From Okamejei kenojei (taxonomy: Eukaryota), in the NCBI GenBank assembly GCA_035221665.1, contig CM069162.1, positions 23,498,001-23,562,000 on the forward strand: 64,000 nt of DNA. The letters are read 5' to 3'. This document shows, piece by piece, positions 49,785-61,214 of the stretch. The notes below the pieces were generated by a model. That model was given only the letters and a program-made list of their open reading frames with translations, was not told where the DNA came from and did no database searches. A program made the translations under genes and the position numbers. The stretch's first letter is position 1. Every line of letters begins with the position of its first letter.

Positions 49785-50989
49785 TCAGTTGGTCAACTCT
49801 TTGCATTAAGTGTTCCTTCCTTCAGGCCGTTGAAAGGATTCTTCTTCATTAATCAACGCCCAGCAAAAAAAAACAAAAAACGAGCAGGTCATAACCAATT
49901 ATTAACTGAACACCAACTGATCAAAGACAACGGGAGATTCTGTCCCTACCGTTAGAGGCGGAAAGAAATCCGATTTTAAAAAATTGATTCAAAACCCATA
50001 ATATTACTAAAAAAAGGAAATTGGTGATAATCCTTGGTGCATGAACTTTTGCAAATACTTTTAGAAGTGGAGAAGATTTATAGGAATCTGTGGGGTAACT
50101 TTTTCACACAAAGGGTGGTGGGTGTGTGGAACGAGCTGCCAGAGGAGGTAGTTGAGGCGTTTAAGATCTATTGCAATGTTTATGAAACATTTAGACACGT
50201 TCGTGGAAAGGCCATGTTTAGAGGGAGGTACACAAAAAGCTGGAGAAACTCAGCGGGTGCAGCAGCATCTAAGGAGCGAAGGAGATAGGCGACGTTTCGG
50301 GTCGAGACCTTCTTTAGAGGGATATGGGGCAACGCTGGTCGATGTCACTGATGTAGCTGGGACATGCTGGGCGGTGTGGACAAGTAGGGCCGAAGGGCCT
50401 GTTTCCACGCTGAAGGAGGTGCATCACGAGAGGCAAAGATTCCATTAAACAATCGCGGAATGTTGCTCCCTACAAAGCGCCGCCCGTCTCCAGTCAGATA
50501 CACAGTGTGTGTAACTTTGATCAGTTTCTGGTTCCGCGCCGACAAATGAGACGCATCGTCAGGATCCGCATCTTGGGCGGCGGTGACCCTCCCGCCGCGG
50601 AAAATGAAGCGAGAAATTGTTGGCGCTGAGTGTGTGCGGGTGTCAGGGCGGTCGGGGCTGGCGCCCAGTGTCATAGTGGGGACGCTATTCAACGCTCATT
50701 TCTCGCTCTGTAGTAAATGGCAAATCCGTTTCACGCTCCGCGCTCAAAGCCAGCGCCGTGCTAATCATCTCCATGTCCTGACACAATCACAATTTTCTGC
50801 TCAGGAATCTCACAGCGTCTCCCGCCCGGCAACAGCCGGCATAAGTCCCCGCTCCTCATTGGGGACGCGTTTTGGTGTTGGATTGGACACGTTTTAAAAA
50901 TGAGGTTGAACTCATTTGATTGAATCACCCTGGCCCGGACACGCATGGCTCGCCTTCTGGTCCGGGCAGTTTAAAAGTCTTTTAAATCT
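49775..50989 (-). repeat. Right arm of the inverted duplication = HES3 upstream region (includes module B copy 4 at 50601-50817)
   Basis: Reverse complement of 25636-26768 plus one extra 86-bp insertion. Confidence 0.96.
50227..50312 (-). mobile_element. 86-bp Penelope-terminus mini-element with 10-bp TSD
   Basis: TTTAGAGGGA at 50217-50226 and 50313-50322; the paralogous site at 26314-26323 is empty. Confidence 0.92.
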
Positions 50990-51431
50990 AACATACAAAC
51001 AGAATTGTCAATCGAGTATTTAAAAAGCGTGAATCAATTAATGAAAGGTCAAATGCGCAAATATGTCCCAGTCAAGAGCATGCCTGAACGTAGCTTAGAA
51101 CAAGTTTAGTTTAGAAACATACTTCAGTTTAGCCAAGAACATAACTCTATGTGTTCACTCAGTAGCGACTAACGTTAACCACATGTTTTATAAAACACAG
51201 GATTTCATCGGCAGGAAGATGAAGCAACTCCGCCATGATCGGATCATTGGGATTTCCGAAGGCCTTCATGTCTTGTCCACACAATTAGACATTCCTCTGT
51301 TTATGGACTGTTTCGTGCGGGCGCTCTCGCGGGCGGAGAGACGCTTCCATCATCATGCACTGGAGACGAAGACAGACACAACATGTTGGCGTAACTCAGT
51401 GAGTCGGGCAGCATCTCCAGAGAAAAGGAAT

Positions 51432-51467
51432 AGGTGACGTTTCGGGTCGAGACCCTTCATCAGACTG
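51432..51467 (-). ncRNA. Minimal hammerhead ribozyme motif in a Penelope-derived repeat (best-conserved copy seen)
   Basis: Minus strand CUGAUGA-A-GGGU(CUCG)ACCC-GAAA-CGUC; canonical core boxes, 4-bp stem II, palindromic ACGU stem III; stem I is weak. Confidence 0.6.
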
Positions 51468-52091
51468 AAGAAGAGTCTCCACCTGAAAGTCACTTATTCC
51501 CTTTTTTTCCCAGATGCTGCCTGGCGCTCTGAGTTACTCCAGCATTTTGTGTCTATCTTCGAATTAAACCAGCATCTGCAGTTTCTTCCTGTCCGGTGTT
51601 GAAACTGTCCATTCACCTCGCTCCCCCAATAGGTAGAAACTACCTTCTCGGCCAATCCCCATGTTCATTGATCATCTAACAGGCGACGTATCTCGGCTTT
51701 GTGTTGGACCGACTGCCCACAAGATCATAGTGTCCCCCCTCCCCCAGCCTCTGAATGATACCCCAGTCGCCTTCATCTCGCCGGCAAAGGCAGAGGATTA
51801 AAACAAAAATTTGAATTGAAAATTGGATAACGCGTTGAGACAGTTCTCCTGCTCTCTCTCTTGCCATTTTCCACTTTGCAGTTAAATACCGAATTACTCT
51901 CGAGTCTACCAACTAGCAGTGCGCTCCCTTGTACACTCCACCCCTGACCGATGATGCCCAGCGTGCCTCCTTCGCCTTCAGGTGTCTTGAATCTTGAGTA
52001 AAACACAAAATGCTGGAGTCACTCAGCGGGACAGGCGGCATCTCTTGAGAGAAGGTGTTTAAGAAGGAACCGCAGATGCTGGATAATCGAA

Positions 52092-52255
52092 GGTAGACAC
52101 AAGTGCTGGAGAAACTCAGCGGGTGCGGCAGCATCTATGGAGCGAAGGAAATAGGCAACCTTTTCCTTTGGGTTTCGGCCCGAAACGTTGCCTATTTCCT
52201 TCGCTCCATAGATGCTGCCGCACCCGCTGAGTTTCTCCAGCACTATTGTCTACCT
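52092..52255. repeat. Palindromic dimer of the Penelope terminal repeat
   Basis: ggtagacacaagtgctggagaaactcagcgggtgcggcagcatctatggagcgaaggaaataggcaac ... reverse complement ending gtctacc. Confidence 0.85.
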
Positions 52256-52497
52256 CCTCTTGAGAGAAGGAATGGGTAACAAATCAGGTCGAGATCCATC
52301 TCAGGGCACCTAGTATTATACCACTATCCCACAGATGGGTCTCCAGAGATGCTGCCTCTGCCGCCGAGTTACTCCAGCGTTTTGTGTCTATCTTCAGGGC
52401 AAACTAGCATCTATCTACAGTTCCTTTCGACCACACATAGTTGTTTTGAAACGGTTGTCTTCAACTCGCTGGAAGGCGAAAGTGACTCTCGGGCGGT

Positions 52498-53176
52498 CAA
52501 AGAACAGTTTCCCTTCTGGCTCGTTTTTTTTCGCGCAAGAAACCCACAGAACAAAAGGAGCAATTTGCTGAACCGGAGCGAATCGGCGGGGGCCCAGTTG
52601 CTCATATTAGATGTGACCCAGTTCCCTGACAACAGCCTCCAGCGCGGTCGGCGCCTCGCAGCGAGGAAAATCGCAGCAACGCCTCCCCACAGCCCCCAAC
52701 CCCGCGGCCACGACCACCACAAGTCGCCACCCGGGACGCGCAATCTACGCGGCTGCATCTCGCCACCGGTCCACTGGACACCGCGAGGAAAGTGGCGAGT
52801 GGGGAACGGGAGCGGGTTGCCACGCGTCAGGCCTTTGACACAAAGTGGAGACCAAACACAAGCTCGATGGACTCTCCCGGAGCTTGTTTAAGTCACTCGA
52901 GTTTGATTAGAGGCACAAAGGGTGGGTCGGGTTGTGAATGGGCGAGGAAGCCCCAACGAGCCGCATTAACATCACACTGGGTGCGGGCGCAGAGTGAAAG
53001 GGGCTGTGAAGGGGCAGCGGCGAGGTTGTAGCCGGCCCGGCACAAACACTTCATTGTCTTGGAGCCAGGCGCAGTTAAAATCAAGCGAGCGGCCTCCATT
53101 CTTAAACATGAGCTGCCCTGGGTTGTTGTGGGCTGATGTGGCCAACATCTGGCCCAGGAGATTAAAGATAACGAGC
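52498..53176 (-). repeat. Non-coding module A, copy 4 (inverted; ~3 kb upstream of HES3 in its orientation)
   Basis: Reverse complement of A2/A3. Confidence 0.95.
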
Positions 53177-54290
53177 TAAGCTCGTCCGCGGTCACTCACT
53201 CGGCGCCGGGGGCAACATCCAACCACATGCAGAAGTTCTGGAGGAACTCAGCGGGTCCGGCAGCATCCATGGAGGGAATGGATCTACGGCTCCTTCGGGG
53301 ACCATGCCCTGCCCAGGTGCCACGCACCCGCTGAGTTCCTCCAGCAGTTTGTTTTTTTACTCAAGATTGCAGCATCTGAATGAATGACGAATGCTTTACG
53401 GTCACATTTGACAAGGCACAGTGAGATTCTTTGCTTACATACCCAAGGTATGCAAACAGTCGCCACATCAGGGCACTGACAAAGTACCCACACGCTGGGC
53501 CCCCATTGTTCTCCCCCCCCAGCAGTGAGGTCCACACTCCAGGTTGCTTGGCACCGACCTCTCCACTACCGGGTCCTCACCAGACAACTCGGTGGCACTG
53601 ACCCAGGCCCCAGCTGCATGGTTCTGACGACTTGTGGGCTCCGACCTCCATTGATTTCTGCGCTCCATCTTGAATCTGCTTGTGACCTGAATACAAACAG
53701 GCCGTCAGCAATTATCAGGAGTTGCAATCCCCACGGAGTGAATATTACCTCACCGACTCCATGGCTCGCCAGGAAGCCGCTTTGTTGCCTCTTCCCCTCA
53801 AAGACATTCCAGTTCGCCCTCTGTCCGAACCTCGCCTTCGCGCCAAATCCTGAGCAGGCTTCCGAACCCTCAATACAAATTGAGGTTCTCCAAGCGTTTA
53901 CTGAAAAAAAAATTACCATTCGGCCCACTTGCCCATTGGTGCCCTCTGAAAGAATTACCCAATTCTTCCTGAAATGGCATTTATCGAAGTTGAGACATTA
54001 TGTTACATTTGTACAAGGTTGGTGAGGCTGCACTTGTATTGTGGGCAGTTTTGGTCAGCCTGCTTCAGGAAAGATGCCACTATGCTGGAAAGAGTGCAGA
54101 GATTTACGATAGTGCCAGGACCAAGGGCCTGAGCTACAGGGAGCGTGTGGGCAGGCTAGGACTTTATTCAATGCAGCACGGGAGGCTGAGGGATGATCTT
54201 ATGTAGTTGTATAAAACAGGGCAAATTTTTCAAACCCAGTGTAGTGTGCACACAACCTTATGAACGACAAGCCTTCAGATTGTGAAATAT

Positions 54291-54296
54291 TTTATT
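54291..54296 (-). terminator. Candidate VAMP3 distal polyadenylation signal AATAAA
   Basis: tttatt on the plus strand at the end of a ~2.3-kb AT-rich, apparently TE-free stretch following the VAMP3 stop. Confidence 0.6.
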
Positions 54297-56637
54297 AAAT
54301 TTTTCATATCGTAAAATACAATTTGAACAGGCCTAGCCGCATTGCTACCCTGGACAAGCTTTGTAATAGCGTAATTAAGTGGGGCACTCTAGGCAAGAGG
54401 CACTTGTTTGGGTTTTGGTAACGATTGGGATCAAGTCCCAGTGGCAGTAACTACTGCACAAGGCAACAAGAACCAAGCTCATTAAAACATCAAACTTGCT
54501 GGCTGAAGACATTAAGGCACCTGCTCAAGTTTACAATTATCTCAATTTACAAATCCCAACTGCTGATTAAGTGAATTCCATTAAAAAGTTAGAAATAAAA
54601 TTGGCAGACCAATATTGAACCCGAGGTGATGGTTCATTCAAATTCTGATTTTAAATCAATGCCTAAATTGTAACAAACAATCATCAAGAATCAATTCGTC
54701 CACATTGCACACACTTTGGGTCAATTCTGCAGTTCAGCAGCAGAGTTGGTAAAGGCAAGTTATCAGTTTTGTATGGCCCTTTATATGGAAAGATGCAAAA
54801 TGAAGGAGCATCTCACAAAGCATAAAAACGGTCACTGAAGTCACCAAAACTGCAGTCGCAAGCAGAATCCCCATCACTAATTTACTGTTCAGTATCCCAC
54901 AGTGCAATACAAAGGCAAGTGCTGGACAAATTTTAACCAAAACTATCACGAGGAAATTGAATGGCAAGTGCAGTGAACCGACCCAACTGGCACACAGGTC
55001 TACAGAGCAGCTCATTTGCTGTTTGGTGTAGCCGTCAAGATGTGCAGGAGTTCGCACTTCAAGATCGATTAGATGTCAAGGACTTTAGGACAAGGTCAAC
55101 AAGAACGTTAAAACAAAAACTTGTGCAGAAAGAATACGGATTTGTGAACCCAGGTCAACCATGCAGTTATTAATTTAAAGGCTTATTGTGAAAAAGATAT
55201 TTAGCAAAGTCTAGAGCAAAATTTACTACTGTAGTAACCACATATTGTACATGACCAAACATTTCTCCCCTTTTTGCTGAGTAGACTGTACCAAAAACAC
55301 TACCTTGTCAGGTTGCAAGCTTTGTACATGGTTCAAGAAAGTCTATTTCAAGTTAGAAAGGCACGGATTTCCAGTGGAGATCCAGTAAATCACAACATAG
55401 ATTCATGTTCAAACCAGGATGAAGACCAGTTAAGGCACAAGATAATCAAACGGTTCTTGGTTATTCTATAGAAAAGCTCCCAAGGTAAATTAGGCAACTG
55501 GCATATCTTAAAAAAACATGGTTGCTAAAACCTAGCACTGCAAATTTAAGGAGTCTTTGTATTTTCCTGTTGAGATTGGAAGGATGGATTTTAACTAGAC
55601 CACACCCATCACTAATTAGTGGTGTAGATCTTCAATTTTCCTCCATTTCAGCAATTTGGAGGTACAGCGTGAAATCCAAACAAATCTCCACTTGAGATAA
55701 GAGTTGGCAAATAGTTCATTCAACCTTTAAAAAGAACCTATCTGGAAAAGGAGAGTTATAAACTAATAATGCTCAAGTGTCAAATGAAACAGGAATAGGG
55801 CAAAGGTCTTCATATACAGGCCACTCTGCTTCAATGGAGAGTTATAACACATCTACACAAGGGAATACCATTTTAGTGACGAATCCTCCCTTACTGCAAT
55901 AACACAGATGCAGCAGGCAACACTATTATTGGTGGCTGGCTGTGTATTCCGTGCAATCGGACTGAGGTACTCACGTGCACCCCTTGTCCAGAGTATTCTT
56001 CAAGGTTTGAGGTACAGAAAAACCATGTCTCCATTTAGCACTCATGATCCTTCGCTCAATCATTACTTGAGCAGAAGCCAATTCAAATGTTGGCATGACA
56101 CAACCTGACTTCATCTAATAACCCTCAACTTGCTGAACCGTTTACTCAAATTAAAAATTTGAGTTAGGGCATTACTTGGAAGTGGGTGGGGGGGGGGGGG
56201 GGGGGGGGGGGTGGGGGTGCAGGAAAAAAAAATTCAGCAAGACAAATACAGACAATTATGTTGAAGTTTGGCCATGATCAGGAGTTGAATCTTGAGGCAA
56301 CTTCAGGCCACGATAAAGAGGCACTAGATGAAAGCATTAAGACTTGAAGTTGCCCAAAGAAATTTGGTCCCATCCAAGTCCAAGAAGATGGTGCTAATAT
56401 CAATGAACAGATTGAGAAACGATGCCGCTGAAGTTCAGTGTGTGATGGACACGTTTCAGGTGACAAGATCAATACTTAATTTACAACATTCTAAACTCCT
56501 GATTATACTCAATAATTCCCTCCAATGTTTAATAATGTTAAGCCGAGACAAAAATGAACTATTTTAAAAACAGTAGATGTAGAGCTGAAATCTTAAAGTC
56601 CATCTCCAATTTCCAACAGGCAAGAATTTGGTCAGTC

Positions 56638-56654
56638 TTATGAGGTCTGCCAAA
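56638..56654 (-). CDS. VAMP3: VAMP3 last coding exon
   Basis: tttgctttctttgcag|TT TGG CAG ACC TCA TAA gives (V)WQTS*, phase matches exon 4. Confidence 0.8.
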
Positions 56655-57176
56655 CTGCAAAGAAAGCAAAGAATAGATCAGCCACGTGATTACTCACATT
56701 GTGGACTACAGTGATTGCATGATTGTTGCGGAAGTTATTACAAAAGGCAGCTTTAGCAGCAGGAAACCAAGTCACACAAGTGACCAAAGCGTCACAATCT
56801 GGCCACTTTCGCAGTACAAGTACTTAGTAGTCTCCAATCTAAACCCAGTAGTTCTTTGCTGGAATACGACAAGTGTTGCCGGCAGCATGTACTGAGGGTC
56901 CCAAACAGCTCCAATTTGACACAAGCTCAGAGGTCAACCAGCAAGCTTCTTGGTTAAATGAGCCACACCTGCAGCGTGGACCGGGAGTCGAGGCGGTAGG
57001 AATTTGCACATTGGCAAATTTGTCCTGACAGTCGTGAGCATCACAAGTACCTTCACCATCTTCTGAATTGAGTTTCCATAAACAGAGGTTATTGAAGGAG
57101 TACTCAAGGGGCAGATTAGGAATTGGGGACAGGCGCAGAAGATGGAAAGGAAAGTAAAGCAAGAAGGAATACTCAC

Positions 57177-57228
57177 CAACTATGATAATTATGATGATCA
57201 GGATGACAGCTATTAAGATTGCCCACAT
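57177..57228 (-). CDS. VAMP3: VAMP3 transmembrane exon
   Basis: aacag|ATG TGG GCA...GTT G|gtgagt; MWAILIAVILIIIIIIV, 52 nt; MWAI is VAMP3-typical. Confidence 0.93.
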
Positions 57229-57730
57229 CTGTTGGAATAAAAGGTCCAGAGCCTGAATATTATATTTCAATGCAGGAAATGCCACTTCTGCAGATGCAGC
57301 GATAAAAACCCCATTAATTTTGGATATGTAGCGTTCCAATCGGATGTAGCAAATATCACCCACAACTTTCAGCGAGGGAGCCTCCTTTTCATTACCTAGA
57401 GGATGCGTTTTGACAGCTCCACATCTGTTCATTGCATAAAAAGCCCAGGAAGAATGTGGCCAGCTCACCACAAGAATAACTTATGCCAGCAGTTTAAGGA
57501 ACTAGACAATCAAATTGATTTATCTTGAAACTGTCATTTCAATGAGTCACTTCAAGCCAGCATGTTAAAATGGGACTCAATTGCAAGTCAGGATACTTCC
57601 ATGCAGAAACATGCGATTTAAAAAAAAGTTTACAAAAAGCACTTAAGCAATCGATTTAATTTTGTTATAAATAATCCTGACCAGGAACGATGGCTGAAGC
57701 CAACTGCCAAGAAATAAATCACGATCTTAC

Positions 57731-57889
57731 CTTACAGTTCTTCCACCAATATTTGCGTTTTAGTTTTGCAGCACTGGTCTCAAACTGTGACGCCCCTGCT
57801 TGCAGTGCATCAGCCCGGTCATCCAGCTCTGTAAGCTTCTGGTCTCGTTCAAGAACTCTGTCAACATTCACTCTCATTATATCCACAAC
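57731..57889 (-). CDS. VAMP3: VAMP3 R-SNARE motif exon
   Basis: ttcag|GTT GTG...TGT AAG|gtaag; [53 protein letters not shown], 159 nt. Confidence 0.95.
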
Positions 57890-57997
57890 CTGAAGGTGGC
57901 AAAATAGAACGGAGTGTACAGGAAAAGTCTTGATGATGCATAGGAAGTAAAAGGTGCCTGGAATATTTATCTGAACTGTAGCAGAGATGCAAGAGTG

Positions 57998-58264
57998 TAG
58001 TTTAGTTTAGAGACACAGCAGGGAAACAGGCCCTTTGGCTAACAGTCCACACCAACCAACATTCACCCATGCACAAGTTCTATCGCGAGGGGGGCAATTT
58101 ACCAAACCCATTAACCTACAAACCCACATGTCTTTGGGATGTGGGAGAAAACCAGAGCATGAGGTCACAGGGAGAACGTGCAAACTCCACACAGACAGCA
58201 TGCAATGTCAGGATCGAACCCGGGTCTCTGGTGCTGTTAGGCAGCGACTCGACTGCTGCGCCAC
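57998..58264 (-). mobile_element. V-domain SINE (HE1-like)
   Basis: Reverse strand ggtggcgcagcagtcgag...gacccgggttcgatcctgac...ggagtttgcacgttctccc...ctaaactaaac. Confidence 0.85.
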
Positions 58265-59832
58265 CTAGTGTGAAGAAAACCATGAGTTTTTCCTCTGGAA
58301 TTAGGGGTGGGGAGAAGTATGAAGGCAAGTAGCTAATTGGTCCTTTTGTCAAGTAAAACAGTTATTCAAAAGAATAAGAGTGGAAACAAAGAACTGTTTC
58401 TAATGACTGCAAGTAGGCAAAGGATACTGATTTCAAGTCTCTGGCAAGAATTAGGGGAAAGTGCAGAGATTAAAACCTTTATGGCTCGAAATGTATAACC
58501 GGAGAAGGTCAGGGGCAGGATTTACTTGAAGGTCTCAAATGCACCCATTAGAGACACCGTGCAGTGCTAACAGCGGGAGGTGGGGTGGGGGGGGGGGGGG
58601 GGGAGTGAATGGCTCAAAAACACATGGGCTAATCATTCTGTGCTGTGCAAATCTAATATCAAGCCGAGATCGGTGGGAGGAACTTCAAACGTTTTATTGA
58701 AAGCGTGTTCTAATAGTCTTGTTGTGAAGTTCATTGCTCCAGACACAAGGTGCATACTTCAATAATGAATAAAGTAGCAACATCTTAAACAAACCTATAA
58801 AAAGAACAGAAGCTTTGTATGAATGTAATTGTTAAACAAACCGTGTTGCTATGATGTGTTTACGCTTCCAATAAATTAGATGACTGGATTAGTGTCTGCA
58901 GAGCAGATGGCTCTAATGATGTTCAATGTAATTTTTACCTAATATGGGTAGAACTGTGGGTAGAAGTCAGTTGGACAGTTTCTGATATAGTCAATGTCAG
59001 AAGATGCAAGGTGAAATCTAGTAACCCAACCACCCTTTACAGGAAAAGGAGTGCATGATTACCAAGTCTCCTCAAGTTTGGAGTTGCAAACAATCAAGTT
59101 TAGAACTAGAGCAACTGCTCTAAACAGGCTGAATGGCACAGGCTGTATTTTTTTTTAAAACTGAAACAAAGTGGACATGGGATAGCCCTAATTCAGCAGC
59201 TGCTGCATGGTGCTTAAATATATGCAATAGATACCAGATTCCCTTGTAGGTCACCACAAGTCCTGAGCAACCTGCAAGCGATTCTTGACCATCGCAGGTC
59301 AACAAGGTCAGCTCAAAGAGCACCAGCAGCCTGGTTCACTTGAAAATGGAAATCAAACCTTTTGTCTAAAACAGCCAAAGGCAGATCGATATTAAAGATC
59401 TGCTCAATCAAATAAATTGTAGAACGACACATGCAGGAGAGCGGTACCCAAATGAATAACTGTTTTAGGTAGCACAAGGGTGATCAGCCTGTATCATTAA
59501 TGACTATGAGAGTGTTAAGCAGCCAACACCAAACCAGGTTTCACAAGCTCCAAGTTCCCAACAATTATATATTTCAAGACAAATTTGCACTTTTGAAAGT
59601 AAACTTGGTTTGCAATCACTGAGCATTTCAGGTTTACTAACCAAAGGCGATGAAAATCATCTTTGGTTCATGACTCTTAATTCATCGTAAAGCAGATTTA
59701 ATTTCAAAAGTACAAATGTTGGGGCTCTTCTCTAGCTTGGGATGAAAAGTGCTTAGAGGATGAAAAGAGTCTTCTGTACATTTCTATATGCCAACCATTA
59801 AACACATCTGTGCATTGGGACATGGTTCTTAC

Positions 59833-59926
59833 CTCATCCACTTGTGCCTGGGTCTGCTGCAATTTCCTGTTGCTGCCATAGGCCCCTGGAGCAGCTGGCG
59901 GAGTGTCTGGGGGACATGGGGCAGAC
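59833..59926 (-). CDS. VAMP3: VAMP3 exon 2 (exon 1, supplying the AT of the start codon, not found in the window)
   Basis: ttacag|G TCT GCC...GAT GAG|gtaag; (M)SAPCPPDTPPAAPGAYGSNRKLQQTQAQVDE. Confidence 0.92.
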
Positions 59927-61214
59927 CTGTAATAGAAGCAACAGCATAGTCCTTCAGATCACCACAAACACCTAACATTTTAGCTTCAACAATAAATGTT
60001 GAGATTAAGGGGTCAGGTTCATTTCTTCTAGCAATCTGTTATGCTGTTAGCCTACAGAGCAATGGCTCAGCAACATTGACCCACACAGGCATACACTGCA
60101 CATTTGTCAACATGAAGAAAGGCCACCTGCAAAATACTGAACTTAGTCCACAAGACACGAACAAAGAATCCAGCACCTCTAGGTCGGCTGCAGGAGGTTG
60201 CCCCCAGACCACAAGATGGCTTGCCAGAAGAAGAGGGACAACAGTTTGCAGGCCGAGCCGGTCGTGGGCAACAGAGGGGGGGGGGGGTCGGGTGACATTC
60301 CAATGGAATGAACAGGTGGGAATGCGATAAAATGTCACCACACGTGGTGTCGCCGGTATTATAAGCAAAATGAATTTCTCTGTGTAATGTTTAATTGCAT
60401 CTGTGACAATAAATATTCATGGAGAATGTTAATTCCAACAAGAACTTTTATATCTGGAATCTGTGCATCACTAGTTACAAGGAACATTAGTTCCATTAAA
60501 ACAGTATAGAAGTACCATAAGGTGCTCCATTTAAACAACACCGTAAAGAGTTGGTCTGGCACACTGAACATTGAGAATTCCAGCTTGTATCACACGCAGG
60601 AAACAATTTCATATGATTGCAATTCAATGTTGCGTCACTAGAGGGAGAAGTTATCTGGAGCATGTCCTTCTCAGGTTTACGTCAGGGTTCCACACCAGAG
60701 AGATTATCGTAAACCGAATGGCCTGAAACACAGCTGCCAGACAATATGTAAATAAAAACAGGCCAACCAGGGGCTGTGTAGCTAAACCAGGGTGTTTAAC
60801 TCGGATTTCTCTGCTAAATGCAACGATATTGCCACATACAGAGTTTCCACAGTTGCAGCACCAGAAAACCCATCCCACCGGCCTCTCAAATGTATGGGCT
60901 GTATACAAGCAGGTTGGTCATCACAGGTGCCAAACTGTTAGGCTATAGAACTGCAAAGCACTGCATAACAAACAAATCTCTCTCCTTGGAGAAAGAATTA
61001 GCTCAACACTTCATGCTGATATACATCATATGCTGGATATTCAGATGACTACAATCCTGTTCACATTAGTTCTGGATCGCACCCATCCCACCTTGTCTCC
61101 TCAGGTTGGTTTGAGAAATGCAAGATCATGGACAGAACACAGCTGAATGGTAGACAATGCTGCTACACAAGTGTTCCTCAACAAACTTCAGAATGAAAAC
61201 CCAATAATATTATT

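Noticed and set aside
56839-57471. 210-aa minus-strand ORF as a single-exon membrane protein
   Set aside because: Intronic read-through around the 52-nt VAMP3 transmembrane exon.
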